NCBI RefSeq assembly: GCF_001194135.2
Contig: NC_068996.1
Span: forward strand, 35,292,312 to 35,329,288
DNA length: 36,977 nt
Reading direction: 5' to 3'
DNA from: Octopus bimaculoides
Lineage: Eukaryota
Below the pieces are notes generated by a model. It was not told the origin of the DNA. It saw only the letters and a list, made by a program, of their open reading frames with translations, and did no database searches. Shown in pieces: positions 23,717 to 34,327 of this stretch; positions within the stretch are counted from its first letter, which is position 1, and each line of letters opens with the position of its first letter. Made by a program: the position numbers and the translations under genes.

Positions 23717-24089
23717 TGTGTATGTATGTATGTGTGTGTGTGTGTGTATGTTTGCATACATACATGATCGTGTCGGTAAAATATATATATATTTATGTTT
23801 ATGCATGATTGTTGCACATATGCGTGCATATGCATATAAATTCGTCACATTTTCTAGGGCTTCCTTTATCTGTAAAAACGTCGATTTGATGAGTGCTTGC
23901 CTATGGCTTTATAGCTGATCATAATTCTTCCTGTCCAACGTATTTTGAATGCCATCCATCGAATCATATGTAGAAGATACGAAGAGATAAATGTGTTAAT
24001 AACATCCTAAGCATTTGTCTCCTATTTCAATGTATCCTATATATATATTTAAGAATTTAAGGATTGGAGAAAACACATGTTATAATTGC

Positions 24090-24186
24090 ATACTTTATTC
24101 CTACATATGTTTCAAAGGATTACAACCTGTGTGATCCATAGGGATCTTTGATATTAAAATTGTAACCTTCTCATCAGGGAAAGCAT
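24090..24186 (-). ncRNA. Type I hammerhead ribozyme, second unrelated family
   Basis: Minus strand: TTCC, core CTGATGA (24177-24171), stem II GAAGG-TTACAA...TTGTAA-t-CCTTT with inner GATCC/GGATC hairpin (24133-24146), GAAA, C[ATAT]G, TA, then GGAA closing stem I. GTA triplet, cleavage between 24102 and 24101. The G10.1-C11.1 pair is G-U here. Confidence 0.8.
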
Positions 24187-24276
24187 GGGAATCATCTTAA
24201 ACGTAAGACATTATGACCGATTATGAAAACAATAAATGGATAAGGTTATGACTTGATTCATTTGAAAAAAACCGTT

Positions 24277-24442
24277 ACTCTCGGAGTGGTTGGCGTTAGG
24301 AAGGGCATCCAGCTGTAGAAACTCTGCCAAATCAGATTGGAGCCTGGTGTAGCCATCTGGTTTCACCAGTCCTCAGTCAAATCGTCCAACCCATGCTAGC
24401 ATAGAAAGCGGACGTTAAACGATGATGATGATGATGATGATG

Positions 24443-24444
<2 letters not shown>
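24277..24444 (+). mobile_element. Young RTE-type LINE 3' end with (GAT)n tail
   Basis: GAGTGGTTGGCGTTAGGAAGGGCATCCAGCTGTAGAAACTCTGCC...GGACGTTAAAC(GAT)8. Nearly identical to the 29663 and 17519 copies. Confidence 0.85.
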
Positions 24445-24476
<32 letters not shown>

Positions 24477-24503
24477 AGTCTTTTAAATGTTGTAGGATAT
24501 ATA

Positions 24504-25692
24504 CAGGGTGTGGTGAATATATTGTCGTGTAAATTATGAAAATGTAAAAATAAGACTGACATCTCATTTTAACAGATATATTCACCAAAATTATATAAGA
24601 ATATATTGAAATAGTAAAGAGTAAATTTATTCAATAAAACCGCCATAGGCTTCTACCATGGCCTCCAGACGACTTCGGAATCTCCTGCAACTCTTCTGGA
24701 CGGTCTCCTTATTTAAGTCGGTCAATGCTGCGATAATCCTTCCCTGCAGTTCATCTTTGGTGTTAAAAGGACTTTTGTTGGTCTTTCAAAGGGGTTCCAG
24801 TCTGAGGATTTAAGTGGCCGGATGTTAGGGGGTGATGTGGTCACAGAAATTGTCTGATAGCCATGACTGGGTTCCCCTGCTTGTGCAGCATGATGCAGAG
24901 TCCTGTTGCCAGACATAGGGTCTTCCAGTAAGTCACCCTCTTCCCCCAGGGCAATGCTACTTCCTCCAAGCACTTGATGTCGGCCTCTGAGTCGAGTATG
25001 AAGCTGTGTGGGAAAAGAAGATGAATGGAGGCATAACGTGGCCATCACTAGTGATCTCTCCAAGCACCATGATGTTGACTGGCTGTTTGATTTTTATCAC
25101 TCTCGTTACATGTTTTGGGGACATGGCAAGCCAACGGATGTCCTGCGTGTTCCCCATCTGATTCCTGGCAGAAGATTTTCTTGTCTGTGATAAACCAAAG
25201 CATGTTCGGTTGGAGGGGATGCTTGAGTTTGTTCAAAATTTTCTTAGCACAGTCTTTCCTCTTGTTCTTGATGGCTTGGGATAAAACTTCGCCCTTCCTC
25301 ATCTTGTATGAGGAATATCGAATTTCCTCATGCACTATCTGCCTGATAAGCAACTCAGACACTCTCATGGACCTGATTAACTTGATTAACAGGAGTTCTT
25401 TTCTTATCACAACGATCAGATTGAGTTTTCCGAGCTGCTGTACTTTTGTAATCTCCATTAGACTCATCCAACTCTTTCTGAATCTTCTGCAGTGACCTCA
25501 GATTCACACCCAAACCACCCTGAAATGTTCGTATTGGCGCTTCCAGTAAGAATGCCAAGCAGAACAGCATGTCGTTTCCAAGTTTCCCAACTCACCCTCC
25601 TATACAGTGCAGTTGACAAAATAAAAGAACAAACAATGTGAATGTGAGAAATCAAAAATATAAAACGGCGACAATCTTCCCATTGCAACCTG
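24504..25692 (-). mobile_element. Tc1/mariner transposon (maT/DD37D-like), pseudogenised transposase
   Basis: TA target sites at 24502-03 and 25693-94. Imperfect TIRs CAGGGTG..ATTGTCG and CAGGTTG..ATTGTCG. Minus-strand peptides include YKMRKGEVLS, LNKLKHPLQPNMLWFITDKKIFCQ, WLAMSPKHV, IMVLGEITSDGHVMPPFIF and SSDWNPF. There are frameshifts and a 3' deletion. The subfamily call is less certain than the superfamily call. Confidence 0.9.
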
Positions 25693-25728
25693 TATATATG
25701 TATATATATATGTATGTGTGTATATATA

Positions 25729-25770
<42 letters not shown>

Positions 25771-26509
25771 NNNNNNNNNNNNNNNNNNNNNNNNNNNNNN
25801 NNNNNNNNNNNNNNNNNNNNNNNNNNNNNNNNNNNNNNNNNNNNNNNNNNNNNNNNNNNNNNNNNNNNNNNNNNNNNNNNNNNNNNNNNNNNNNNNNNNN
25901 NNNNNNNNNNNNNNNNNNNNNNNNNNNNNNNNNNNNNNNNNNNNNNNNNNNNNNNNNNNNNNNNNNNNNNNNNNNNNNNNNNNNNNNNNNNNNNNNNNNN
26001 NNNNNNNNNNNNNNNNNNNNNNNNNNNNNNNNNNNNNNNNNNNNNNNNNNNNNNNNNNNNNNNNNNNNNNNNNNNNNNNNNNNNNNNNNNNNNNNACACA
26101 CACACACACACACATATATATATGTGATGGTTTTTGGTAAGCTGCGTTGAATTTTAGAATTCTGTAAAGAATCGTAATAAAACTATTTTAATAAGATTAA
26201 ATAATAGTTTATAAGCTTTAAGCCTATAAAAATATCATTATCATTATTATTATTATCATTATTATTATTATCATTATTATATACATATATGCATGTACAT
26301 ATACACACACACATATCTATGCACACACACATACATACATACATACACACACATCAAATGTAAATCTAAATGAAGAGCTATGTCAATAAGTCTTAATTAA
26401 CAATATATCTCCAAGCTAATTCATCAATGAGTCAATTATAACCCATTTGATCTTCAAACTTTACTTAAATAATTTTCAGTTTGTCTTCACTGATGATGTA
26501 AATGGAAAC

Positions 26510-26676
26510 AGGTTCAGGTGTGGCTGTACGCTAAGAAGCTTGCTTCCAAACCGCATGGTTCTGGGTTCAGTCCCACTGCGTGGCACACTTCGACAAGTGC
26601 CTTCTACTATAGCCCCTGGCCAACCAAAACCTTGTAAGTGGATTTGGTAGACGGAAACTGAAAAAAGCCTGTCGTA

Positions 26677-26711
<35 letters not shown>
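26510..26711 (+). mobile_element. SINE family A head, running into a gap
   Basis: TGGCTGTACGCTAAG...GGTTCAGTCCCACTGCG...GTAGACGGAAACTG. Confidence 0.85.
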
Positions 26712-27239
26712 NNNNNNNNNNNNNNNNNNNNNNNNNNNNNNNNNNNNNNNNNNNNNNNNNNNNNNNNNNNNNNNNNNNNNNNNNNNNNNNNNNNNNNNNN
26801 NNNNNNNNNNNNNNNNNNNNNNNNNNNNNNNNNNNNNNNNNNNNNNNNNNNNNNNNNNNNNNNNNNNNNNNNNNNNNNNNNNNNNNNNNNNNNNNNNNNN
26901 NNNNNNNNNNNNNNNNNNNNNNNNNNNNNNNNNNNNNNNNNNNNNNNNNNNNNNNNNNNNNNNNNNNNNNNNNNNNNNNNNNNNNNNNNNNNNNNNNNNN
27001 NNNNNNNNNNNNNNNNNNNNNNNNNNNNNNNNNNNNNNNNNNNNNNNNNNNNNNNNNNNNNNNNNNNNNNNNNNNNNNNNNNNNNNNNNNNNNNNNNNNN
27101 NNNNNNNNNNNNNNNNNNNNNNNNNNNNNNATATATATATATATATAGGTAGATAGATAGATAGATATATAGATAGATACTTATAGAAACTTATTTGGAA
27201 GAGGATGCGTGGTGTTCAATCATATAATAATATAAAATA

Positions 27240-27279
<40 letters not shown>

Positions 27280-27286
27280 ATAAATA

Positions 27287-27324
<38 letters not shown>

Positions 27325-28166
27325 ATAAATAATTTATATTTCTATCAATATATCAGAGGATAATTTTATAACTTGTTTAAAACTTAGAGCAAAGATGACA
27401 ATAGGACTGCAGGTGAAAGTGCTCAGGTGATACCGAGGCGAAAGGAGAAATAAATTGAAAGGTGTAATGAATAAACATTCCAATCGGTGAAAACAACTTT
27501 GTATCCTTCCTAAATTATCAAAAATCGAATATAAATACAGATTAAAATAATAGGGCACCCAATGGTAAAACCCAACAATATAAGATATACGCATATACAC
27601 GAATAAAGGGTAATAAAACCTAAAAGGGTGACACGAGTAAAGTTGAATGAAGAAAAATACATGGAATAAATTTATGCATAATAAAGGTGACTAAATATTT
27701 AAGGCAAAGGAGCTAAAATAATATAAATATAAATATATATTTAATATATATATATATATATTTAATATAAATATAATATATCAGGTGTCCCAGATGAACC
27801 AACTTCACGGCAGGAGGTGCAGATGAGAGCAGCTGCATCAAACTCTCTCATGCACTAAATGTCAATTCCTGAATTAAAATTTGTGAAGTAAAATTGTGTA
27901 GCAACACCAAATGGCGGTGCCCCAGCATGGCCACAGCTCATGAGCTGAAACTGGATAAAATGAAAAAAAATGAAAATATAAAAATACAAGAGTATAAATA
28001 ACAAAAATGAAGTGTCAGGAGACCAGAACAGAGTCCATTTAAGACAATCTCTTTTATCGTTTTAAAGGATGCTGCTTCACATTGTTAATGTAGAATCCAT
28101 TAAGGAAATCTAACAGCAACACCTTTTTCGTCTTTTCTGCTTCATATATATTATTGTGTGGAGGCA

Positions 28167-28755
28167 CAATGGCCCAGTGGTTAGGGCAGCGGACTCGCAA
28201 TCATAGGATCGCGGTTTCGATTCCCAGACTGGACGTTGTGAGTGTTTGTTGAGCGAAAGCACCTAAAAGCTCCACGAGGCTCTGGCAGGGGATGGTGGCG
28301 AGCCCTGCTGTACTCTTTCACCACAACTTTCTCTTCCTGTTTCTGTTGTGCCTGTAATTCAAAGGGGCCAGCCTTGTCACACTCNNNNNNNNNNNNNNNN
28401 NNNNNNNNNNNNNNNNNNNNNNNNNNNNNNNNNNNNNNNNNNNNNNNNNNNNNNNNNNNNNNNNNNNNNNNNNNNNNNNNNNNNNNNNNNNNNNNNNNNN
28501 NNNNNNNNNNNNNNNNNNNNNNNNNNNNNNNNNNNNNNNNNNNNNNNNNNNNNNNNNNNNNNNNNNNNNNNNNNNNNNNNNNNNNNNNNNNNNNNNNNNN
28601 NNNNNNNNNNNNNNNNNNNNNNNNNNNNNNNNNNNNNNNNNNNCATGTGTCTGTGGAGTGCTCAGCCACTTGCACGTTAATTTCACGAGCAGGCTGTTCC
28701 GTTGATCGGATCAACTGGAACCCTCGATGTCGTAAGCGACGGAGTGCCAACAATA
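28167..28755 (+). mobile_element. SINE family C' (different body, same tail), gapped
   Basis: TGGCCCAGTGG and GGTTTCGATTCCC boxes. Shares CCTGTAATTCAAAGGG and the GATCAACTGGAACCC...GACGGAGTGCC tail with family C. Confidence 0.8.
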
Positions 28756-28858
28756 TTATTGTATTTCAGGATGGTTTTTTTTTCTGTGTTTTTTTTTTGC
28801 CAAATAAACACATGTACTATATATTTTTTTTCTTCACTTGTTTATTACTCTTCTTCTT

Positions 28859-28998
28859 TTATTATTGTAACTCATGTCCATTGTCCAGAATGAAGTGGAG
28901 CAAGAACATACATGGAAATGAAAAGTGTCGCTGAAGAGGTCACAGAGGTGTGTGACAAAAGATTTCTGGACGACAATGGACATGAGTTAAAATAATAA
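28859..28998. repeat. About 33-bp inverted repeat around a roughly 70-bp spacer
   Basis: TTATTATTGTAACTCATGTCCATTGTCCAGAA versus TTCTGGACGACAATGGACATGAGTTAAAATAATAA, with one mismatch and a 3-nt indel. Confidence 0.75.
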
Positions 28999-29054
28999 GA
29001 TAAGAACGGTAATAAATGAGTGAAGGAAAATATATACAGTGCATGTGTTTATTT

Positions 29055-29170
29055 GGCCGACCAAAGCCTTGTGAGTGGATTTAGTAGACAGAAACTGGAA
29101 GAAGCCCGTCGTATACGTAACTATATATGTATGTGTATCTGTCCCCCCCCCCCCAGCATCGCTTGATAAC
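29055..29170 (+). mobile_element. SINE family A internal fragment
   Basis: GACCAAAGCCTTGTGAGTGGATTTAGTAGACAGAAACTG...GCATCGCTTGATAAC. Confidence 0.75.
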
Positions 29171-29662
29171 NNNNNNNNNNNNNNNNNNNNNNNNNNNNNN
29201 NNNNNNNNNNNNNNNNNNNNNNNNNNNNNNNNNNNNNNNNNNNNNNNNNNNNNNNNNNNNNNNNNNNNNNNNNNNNNNNNNNNNNNNNNNNNNNNNNNNN
29301 NNNNNNNNNNNNNNNNNNNNNNNNNNNNNNNNNNNNNNNNNNNNNNNNNNNNNNNNNNNNNNNNNNNNNNNNNNNNNNNNNNNNNNNNNNNNNNNNNNNN
29401 NNNNNNNNNNNNNNNNNNNNNNNNNNNNNNNNNNNNNNNNNNNNNNNNNNNNNNNNNNNNNNNNNNNNNNNNNNNNNNNNNNNNNNNNNNNNNNNNNNNN
29501 NNNNNNNNNNNNNNNNNNNNNNNNNNNNNNNNNNNNNNNNNNNNNNNNNNNNNNNNNNNNNNNNNNNNNNNNNNNNNNNNNNNNNNNNNNNNNNNNNNNN
29601 NNNNNNNNNNNNNNNNNNNNNNNNNNNNNNNNNNNNNNNNNNNNNNNNNNNNNNNNNNNNNN

Positions 29663-29897
29663 GGCACATAAGGGACACCATTTCGAGCGTGGCTGTTTTC
29701 GTGCGGGTGACACGTAAAAGCACCCACTACACTCTCTGAGTGGTTGGCGTTAGGAAGGGCATCCAGCTGTAGAAACTCTGCCAAATTAGATTGGAGCCTG
29801 GTGTAGCCATCCGGTTGCACCAGTCCTCAGTCAAATCGTCCAACCCATGCTAGCATGGAAAGCGGACGTTAAACGATGATGATGATGATGATGATGA
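29663..29897 (+). mobile_element. Young RTE-type LINE 3' end
   Basis: Same 3' UTR and (GAT)n tail. The 5' side runs into a gap. Confidence 0.85.
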
Positions 29898-30374
29898 TAT
29901 ATAATTACACAATGATCATTACATGTAAGATGCCACCATTATCTTAACAAATGGAAAATGTTTTAATCTGCTGAACTGTTACCAATACCTGACCAATGGT
30001 TGGAGCGATTGTCGATTGACCTGTCAGTAATTCTTAACCAGGTGTTGGTAGTATTGCCCGTTGAACTGATACCAATATTTGACTGCTATTTATGGCCACT
30101 ATTCATTGAATCTGATTGAAAGCATAATTAAGTCAGTTCCAGCAATAATTAACCAATGAACAGACTCATTTAGTTGATTACTGTATATATTTCCAGTTTG
30201 TGACCCATCTTTAATTTGTGTGTTTAAATTAAGAAGAGCAAAACAAAAAAAAAATGCAATATCTTTCTTGTAGCATTGCCCAATTTCCATTGATTTTCAG
30301 GAATGACAGAAATATATACCTAAATATAACTTGACATGGTAGAAGACAGAAAGTAAATTCAATTTAATAATAAT

Positions 30375-30452
30375 GATGATGATGATGGTGATAGTGATGA
30401 TGATGATGGTGATAGTGATGATGATGATGGTGATAGTGATGATGATGATGAT
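30375..30452. repeat. 21-bp minisatellite (GATGATGATGATGGTGATAGT) x3 plus (GAT)n
   Basis: Read directly from the sequence. Confidence 0.95.
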
Positions 30453-30987
30453 CTGTACCATAATTCATATATGATACAATTGTTCCATATTTCATTTACA
30501 AAGAATTTTACTATGTTATATATATGACAGAACTCTACTGCAATTTGGTCCCTCTATATTTTGTGCTTTACAAAAAGAAGTATTTTTAGTTCTTAAGCAA
30601 CAATAAAACCATTGTATTCAGATTTTATTGTGTGTGTGTAGGGAGAAGTTAAACAAAGAAATCTTTAGGTTTAATAATGATAAAGATGGAAAATAAAACA
30701 AGAGGAAAAACAAAGCTAAAACTAAAATTACATAACGCCTGTGTAAGCAGTTAAAAATACATGTATATCAAGACACTCCAGACTGTTGCCTCTGCTGATA
30801 AATGAAATGCAAACATTGGATAGAATTTGTTACTTTGGAAACCGGAAATGGTATATCAGAACCAGAATAAAATTATGATAAATTTATTTGTATGGCAGAA
30901 TTGGTTAAGTGTTTGAATGCAACATTCTGAATTCTAACCCTAGTTTAAGAAGGCAATTCTGGTGAAACTATGAAGTAACTGTGAAGC

Positions 30988-31206
30988 TCCGTTTAGCTGT
31001 TTTGTTAACATATTTCTGTAGAGATAAAACTGCCTTTGTTTCAATTAATTTTGAAAATAATGAAGAATTTAGTAAAATATCTTTATAATTATCAAGTTGT
31101 TGTTTGGAATTTTGATGGAAGGTTTTAAGTTTGAATCACTTTAAAACAGGAAGTTTGTGTCATGGAACCAGGGGTGGTCTCATGTGGAAGAGTATCAAAA
31201 GAGGTA
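30988..31206. mobile_element. Decayed MITE-like repeat with degenerate TTAACCC-type ends
   Basis: Ends resemble CCCTTTT and AAAAGGGTTAA. A similar AAGGGTTAA terminus is at 12598-12606. The call relies on recalled repeat sequences. Confidence 0.3.
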
Positions 31207-31258
31207 ACAGCTGTTTCATTCTATTCGTCATAAGAAGTCCTTTATTTAGTTAATGCAT

Positions 31259-31560
31259 ATTATTCATTATCATCATCATTTGACATCTGCCTTCCATGCT
31301 GGCATGGGTTAGATGGTTTGACAGGAGCTGGCCTGGCAGAAGACTGCACCATGCTCTTGTGTCTGCTTTAGCATGATTTTTCATGGCTGGATGCCTTTTG
31401 TAACACCAATCATTCAGCAGAGTGGACTGAATGCTTTTTACATGGTACCAACACAAGCAAGGTCAGTTTTGGTATGGTTTTTACAGCTGGATGCTCTTCC
31501 AAATGCCAACCACCTTAAAGCGTGGACTGGATGCTTTTTAAGTGGCAGGGTCACCAAGTA
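31259..31560 (-). mobile_element. RTE-type 3' end with internal tandem duplication
   Basis: The GCTGGATGC...ACCA..CA...GAGTGGACTG.ATGCTTTTTA segment occurs twice. A (CAT)n tail is on the left. Confidence 0.65.
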
Positions 31561-31649
31561 TCTTGCAAGACAAGGAATCTTTGAGGGGGAAGGGAGTACT
31601 GGAGGAAGTTAAGAAAACTTACACAGTCATTGTGATCATCTTCATCCCC

Positions 31650-31790
31650 ATCCTCATAATCATCATTGTTATGTTCGCTTGCTTCCATGGTTTGGACAGG
31701 TCCTTTCTGACAGCATCTCACCATTTATTGCATTCACTCCTCACCTCTTTTGTGAGGTCCAACACCCTGAGGTCATAGTCCAATATGCAC
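31650..31790 (-). mobile_element. RTE-type ORF terminus with short 3' UTR
   Basis: Minus strand reads YDLRVLDLTKEVRSECNKW*DAVRKD, followed by an (ATG)n-like tail. Confidence 0.5.
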
Positions 31791-32769
31791 ATATATGTGC
31801 AGATGTACACACACACATGTATGCATGCACTCACATATGCACACACAGACACATTACTGAATAATTAAGAATGCTTGTTATGTATAGTGAAGTCAGGCAC
31901 AAGCAATGAAAATGTACTCAATACATAGAATCTAATGTTGGATTAGTTGTTTAACAAGGAAATCTCTTTCAAGTCACTGAGTACATTTTCTAAATGTTTC
32001 ATTTTAAAAGATAAAATCTTTGGTAAATTTTTTTCATTGGAACACATCAGTTACTCTCAGGAGTAACACTATTCACTCAGCTGCTGTAATTCTATAAGTA
32101 CAGAACCGAAAGTATTTCATCACCATTTTGTGCTCCCATTCACCCTTCCTGGTATCACTTTCTTTGTTTCTTACATTCTCAGCGTCATTCCTTACCGTCT
32201 TATTTTCTGCTGAATGCCCCTTTACGTCCATTGTTTCCTTTTACACTCTCTCATTCTACTAATGGTGTTCCCCACTACTCATGTATGTTTCCTACTATTT
32301 CCATCCCTATGTACCTCTGACCTTGTACTTGGCACTGTGTATCTTTTACACACTGTCCACATGCCACATCATCTGTGCTGCCATCCATTACTTCCCTGTC
32401 CCTATCCTATTTCCTCTATCTTTCCTCCTCCAAACTGGTATTCATCATTGACCGCACCTCTATTCATGTTCACCATTCACTGCCTTTGCCTTTTTTCCCC
32501 CATCTCTATCCATTTACCACTACCCTTTCACACTCTCACAAACTTGCCTACTCACTCACCCAGTCTAATTCTCTGGACCATTTCTCTTGCATTCACCTTC
32601 TTGTAATATGAAGGAATACCTTGATAGCTCTCGTCCATCTTCTCTCCTTTTCCATTTGGAGTAGCCACATATTTTCTTCACAGCAAGAAACATGTTCCTG
32701 TCCTTCTGCCATACTTTAACAGCTCATCACCTGGCATAAAGCCACCTCCCTCAATACTGCACCCGTCTC

Positions 32770-32992
32770 CCTCAGTGGAGAGATCCTGTCTTGTGAGTTA
32801 CTTAGCTACATCACTAGTACCTGTGTCACCTAGTACACTCTGTAACATGGTTGGAATTAGGAAGGATGGTTAGCCACAGAAACCACGTCAAAGCAGACAC
32901 TGAAGCTTGGTCTAGTCCTCTGGTTTATCAGTTCCTGTCAAACCATCCAGTACATGCTAGTACAGAAGATGAATGTTAAACAGTGATGATGA

Positions 32993-32996
<4 letters not shown>
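32770..32996 (+). mobile_element. Diverged RTE-type 3' end
   Basis: GGTTGGAATTAGGAAGG...AAAGCAGACACTG...ATGTTAAACAGTGATGATGATG. Confidence 0.65.
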
Positions 32997-33025
<29 letters not shown>

Positions 33026-33029
<4 letters not shown>

Positions 33030-33318
33030 GTAAAAAAAACATAAATCCAAAAGAAGCACACCCTAAGATATAGAGCAGTATATATTAAAAATGGGGAAGG
33101 CCAGTTCATGGGATTACCTTAGGTTTCTTGCCCATAAAGGGTTTAGTTTTATGGCATATCATTAGATGCCAAAACCTGTTGGCCCAACACTTCTTAAAGG
33201 TATGGCGGAAGAAATGCCTCACTACTCAAAGGTAACAATGGGGATTATCCCCCTTGGTTATCGGCCATCGACTTCTGGCTGTGCTGCCATCTTCTGGGCT
33301 CCAAAAGGCTAGCAAAAA

Positions 33319-33320
<2 letters not shown>
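33026..33320 (-). mobile_element. About 295-bp cassette bounded by (TA)n on both sides, containing the hammerhead relic; putative non-autonomous Penelope-derived element
   Basis: (TA)n tracts at about 32996-33025 and 33321-33352 flank a discrete, more GC-rich block. Classification is inferred. Confidence 0.4.
33109..33171 (-). ncRNA. Degenerate hammerhead relic (G5A core mutation)
   Basis: Minus strand: TGGCAT, CTAATGA (1 mismatch to CTGATGA), stem II TGCC-ATAAA/TTTAT-GGGCA, GAAA, CC-TAA-GG, TA, then ATCCCA. Stem I pairs at 5 of 6 positions. GTA triplet. Confidence 0.5.
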
Positions 33321-33354
<34 letters not shown>

Positions 33355-34002
33355 ATAGATATGTAACAAATACCTTTGATAAGATTTGAAAGTGACTCCA
33401 CATTTTTCTACATTATCAAACAAGTTCTCAGCCTATTGTCTTCACCAGTTGCACTGAGAGATTAATGAGAAAAACTGACCTCTCAAACCTTTTTCAAGGT
33501 ATTCATCGGTCAAATATGATATAGATAAAATCCTATTGTTCTCGGTTGACCTAATTAAATTAGCAAAAATATAAATACACAAGCTAGTATCTTTTGGTCA
33601 TCCAGCATCTGGCTGAGAAGCAAGCTTTCTTTTTCTCTTTAGATCAACCAGTCTCATGATCAAAGAGCAACTTTTCTCAATATGTTGGTCAACACCCGAA
33701 GGTAGACCTCTCATTATTTCTATCTGTGTACATTCCTTTTATTCTGCTTTTCTCCTTAGCAGTCACAGAGATAAAACTAGCTATTATCTTACAGAATAGA
33801 CTGGAGATCTACAAAAAAGCTGTGTACACACAAACAACTCATTGAAGTTGTATATATCTTATATATTGTATTGACTAATATTATAATCAACCTAACAAAT
33901 GACCATATCAATAATCAAGTAAATATTGTTTCTTATTCATTTCACCAGTGCATTATCACATTAAATTCCGTCATTAGATACATACATACAACATATAAAT
34001 AA

Positions 34003-34327
34003 ACTGGCATTCCGTCACTTACAATGCAGAGGGTTCCAGTGGATCTGATCAATGGAACAGCCTGCTCATGAAATTAACATGCATGTAACTGAGCACTCCA
34101 CAGACACGTACACCCTTTACGTAGTTCTCAAGGAGATTCAGTATGACACATAATGGGACATGGCTTTCCCTTTGAGATACAGGTACTACTGATTTTTGCC
34201 AGCTGAGTGGACTGGAGCAACATAAAATAAAGTGTCCTGCTCATGGACACAATGCATTACTGGGAATTGAACTCATGACCTTAAAATTGTGAGTTGAACA
34301 CCCTAACCACTAAGCCATGCAACTTCA
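34003..34327 (-). mobile_element. SINE family C (CORE-like head)
   Basis: Collinear with 4215-4497 on the opposite strand. Confidence 0.8.

Larger units (their letters stand above)
15369..29662. other. Eight assembly gaps (N-runs): 15369-15495, 19748-20235, 21800-21899, 22812-23472, 25771-26095, 26712-27130, 28385-28643, 29171-29662
   Basis: N-runs read directly. Most abut microsatellites or lie inside repeats. Confidence 0.98.

Noticed and set aside
26490-26520. CTGATGA...GAAAC hammerhead-like core
   Set aside because: No credible stem II or stem I, and it overlaps the start of a SINE head. Probably chance.
28167-28240. tRNA gene
   Set aside because: A and B boxes are present, but the sequence continues into a SINE body and no full cloverleaf forms. 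The same applies to the other heads.
19628-29820. Long ORFs in the ORF track (150-300 aa)
   Set aside because: They are open only because they cross N-runs and (TA)n/(CA)n tracts. There is no real coding content.
30307-30352. Possible exon between TTTTCAG and GTAAAT
   Set aside because: Stop codons in all three frames and no similarity to anything recognisable.
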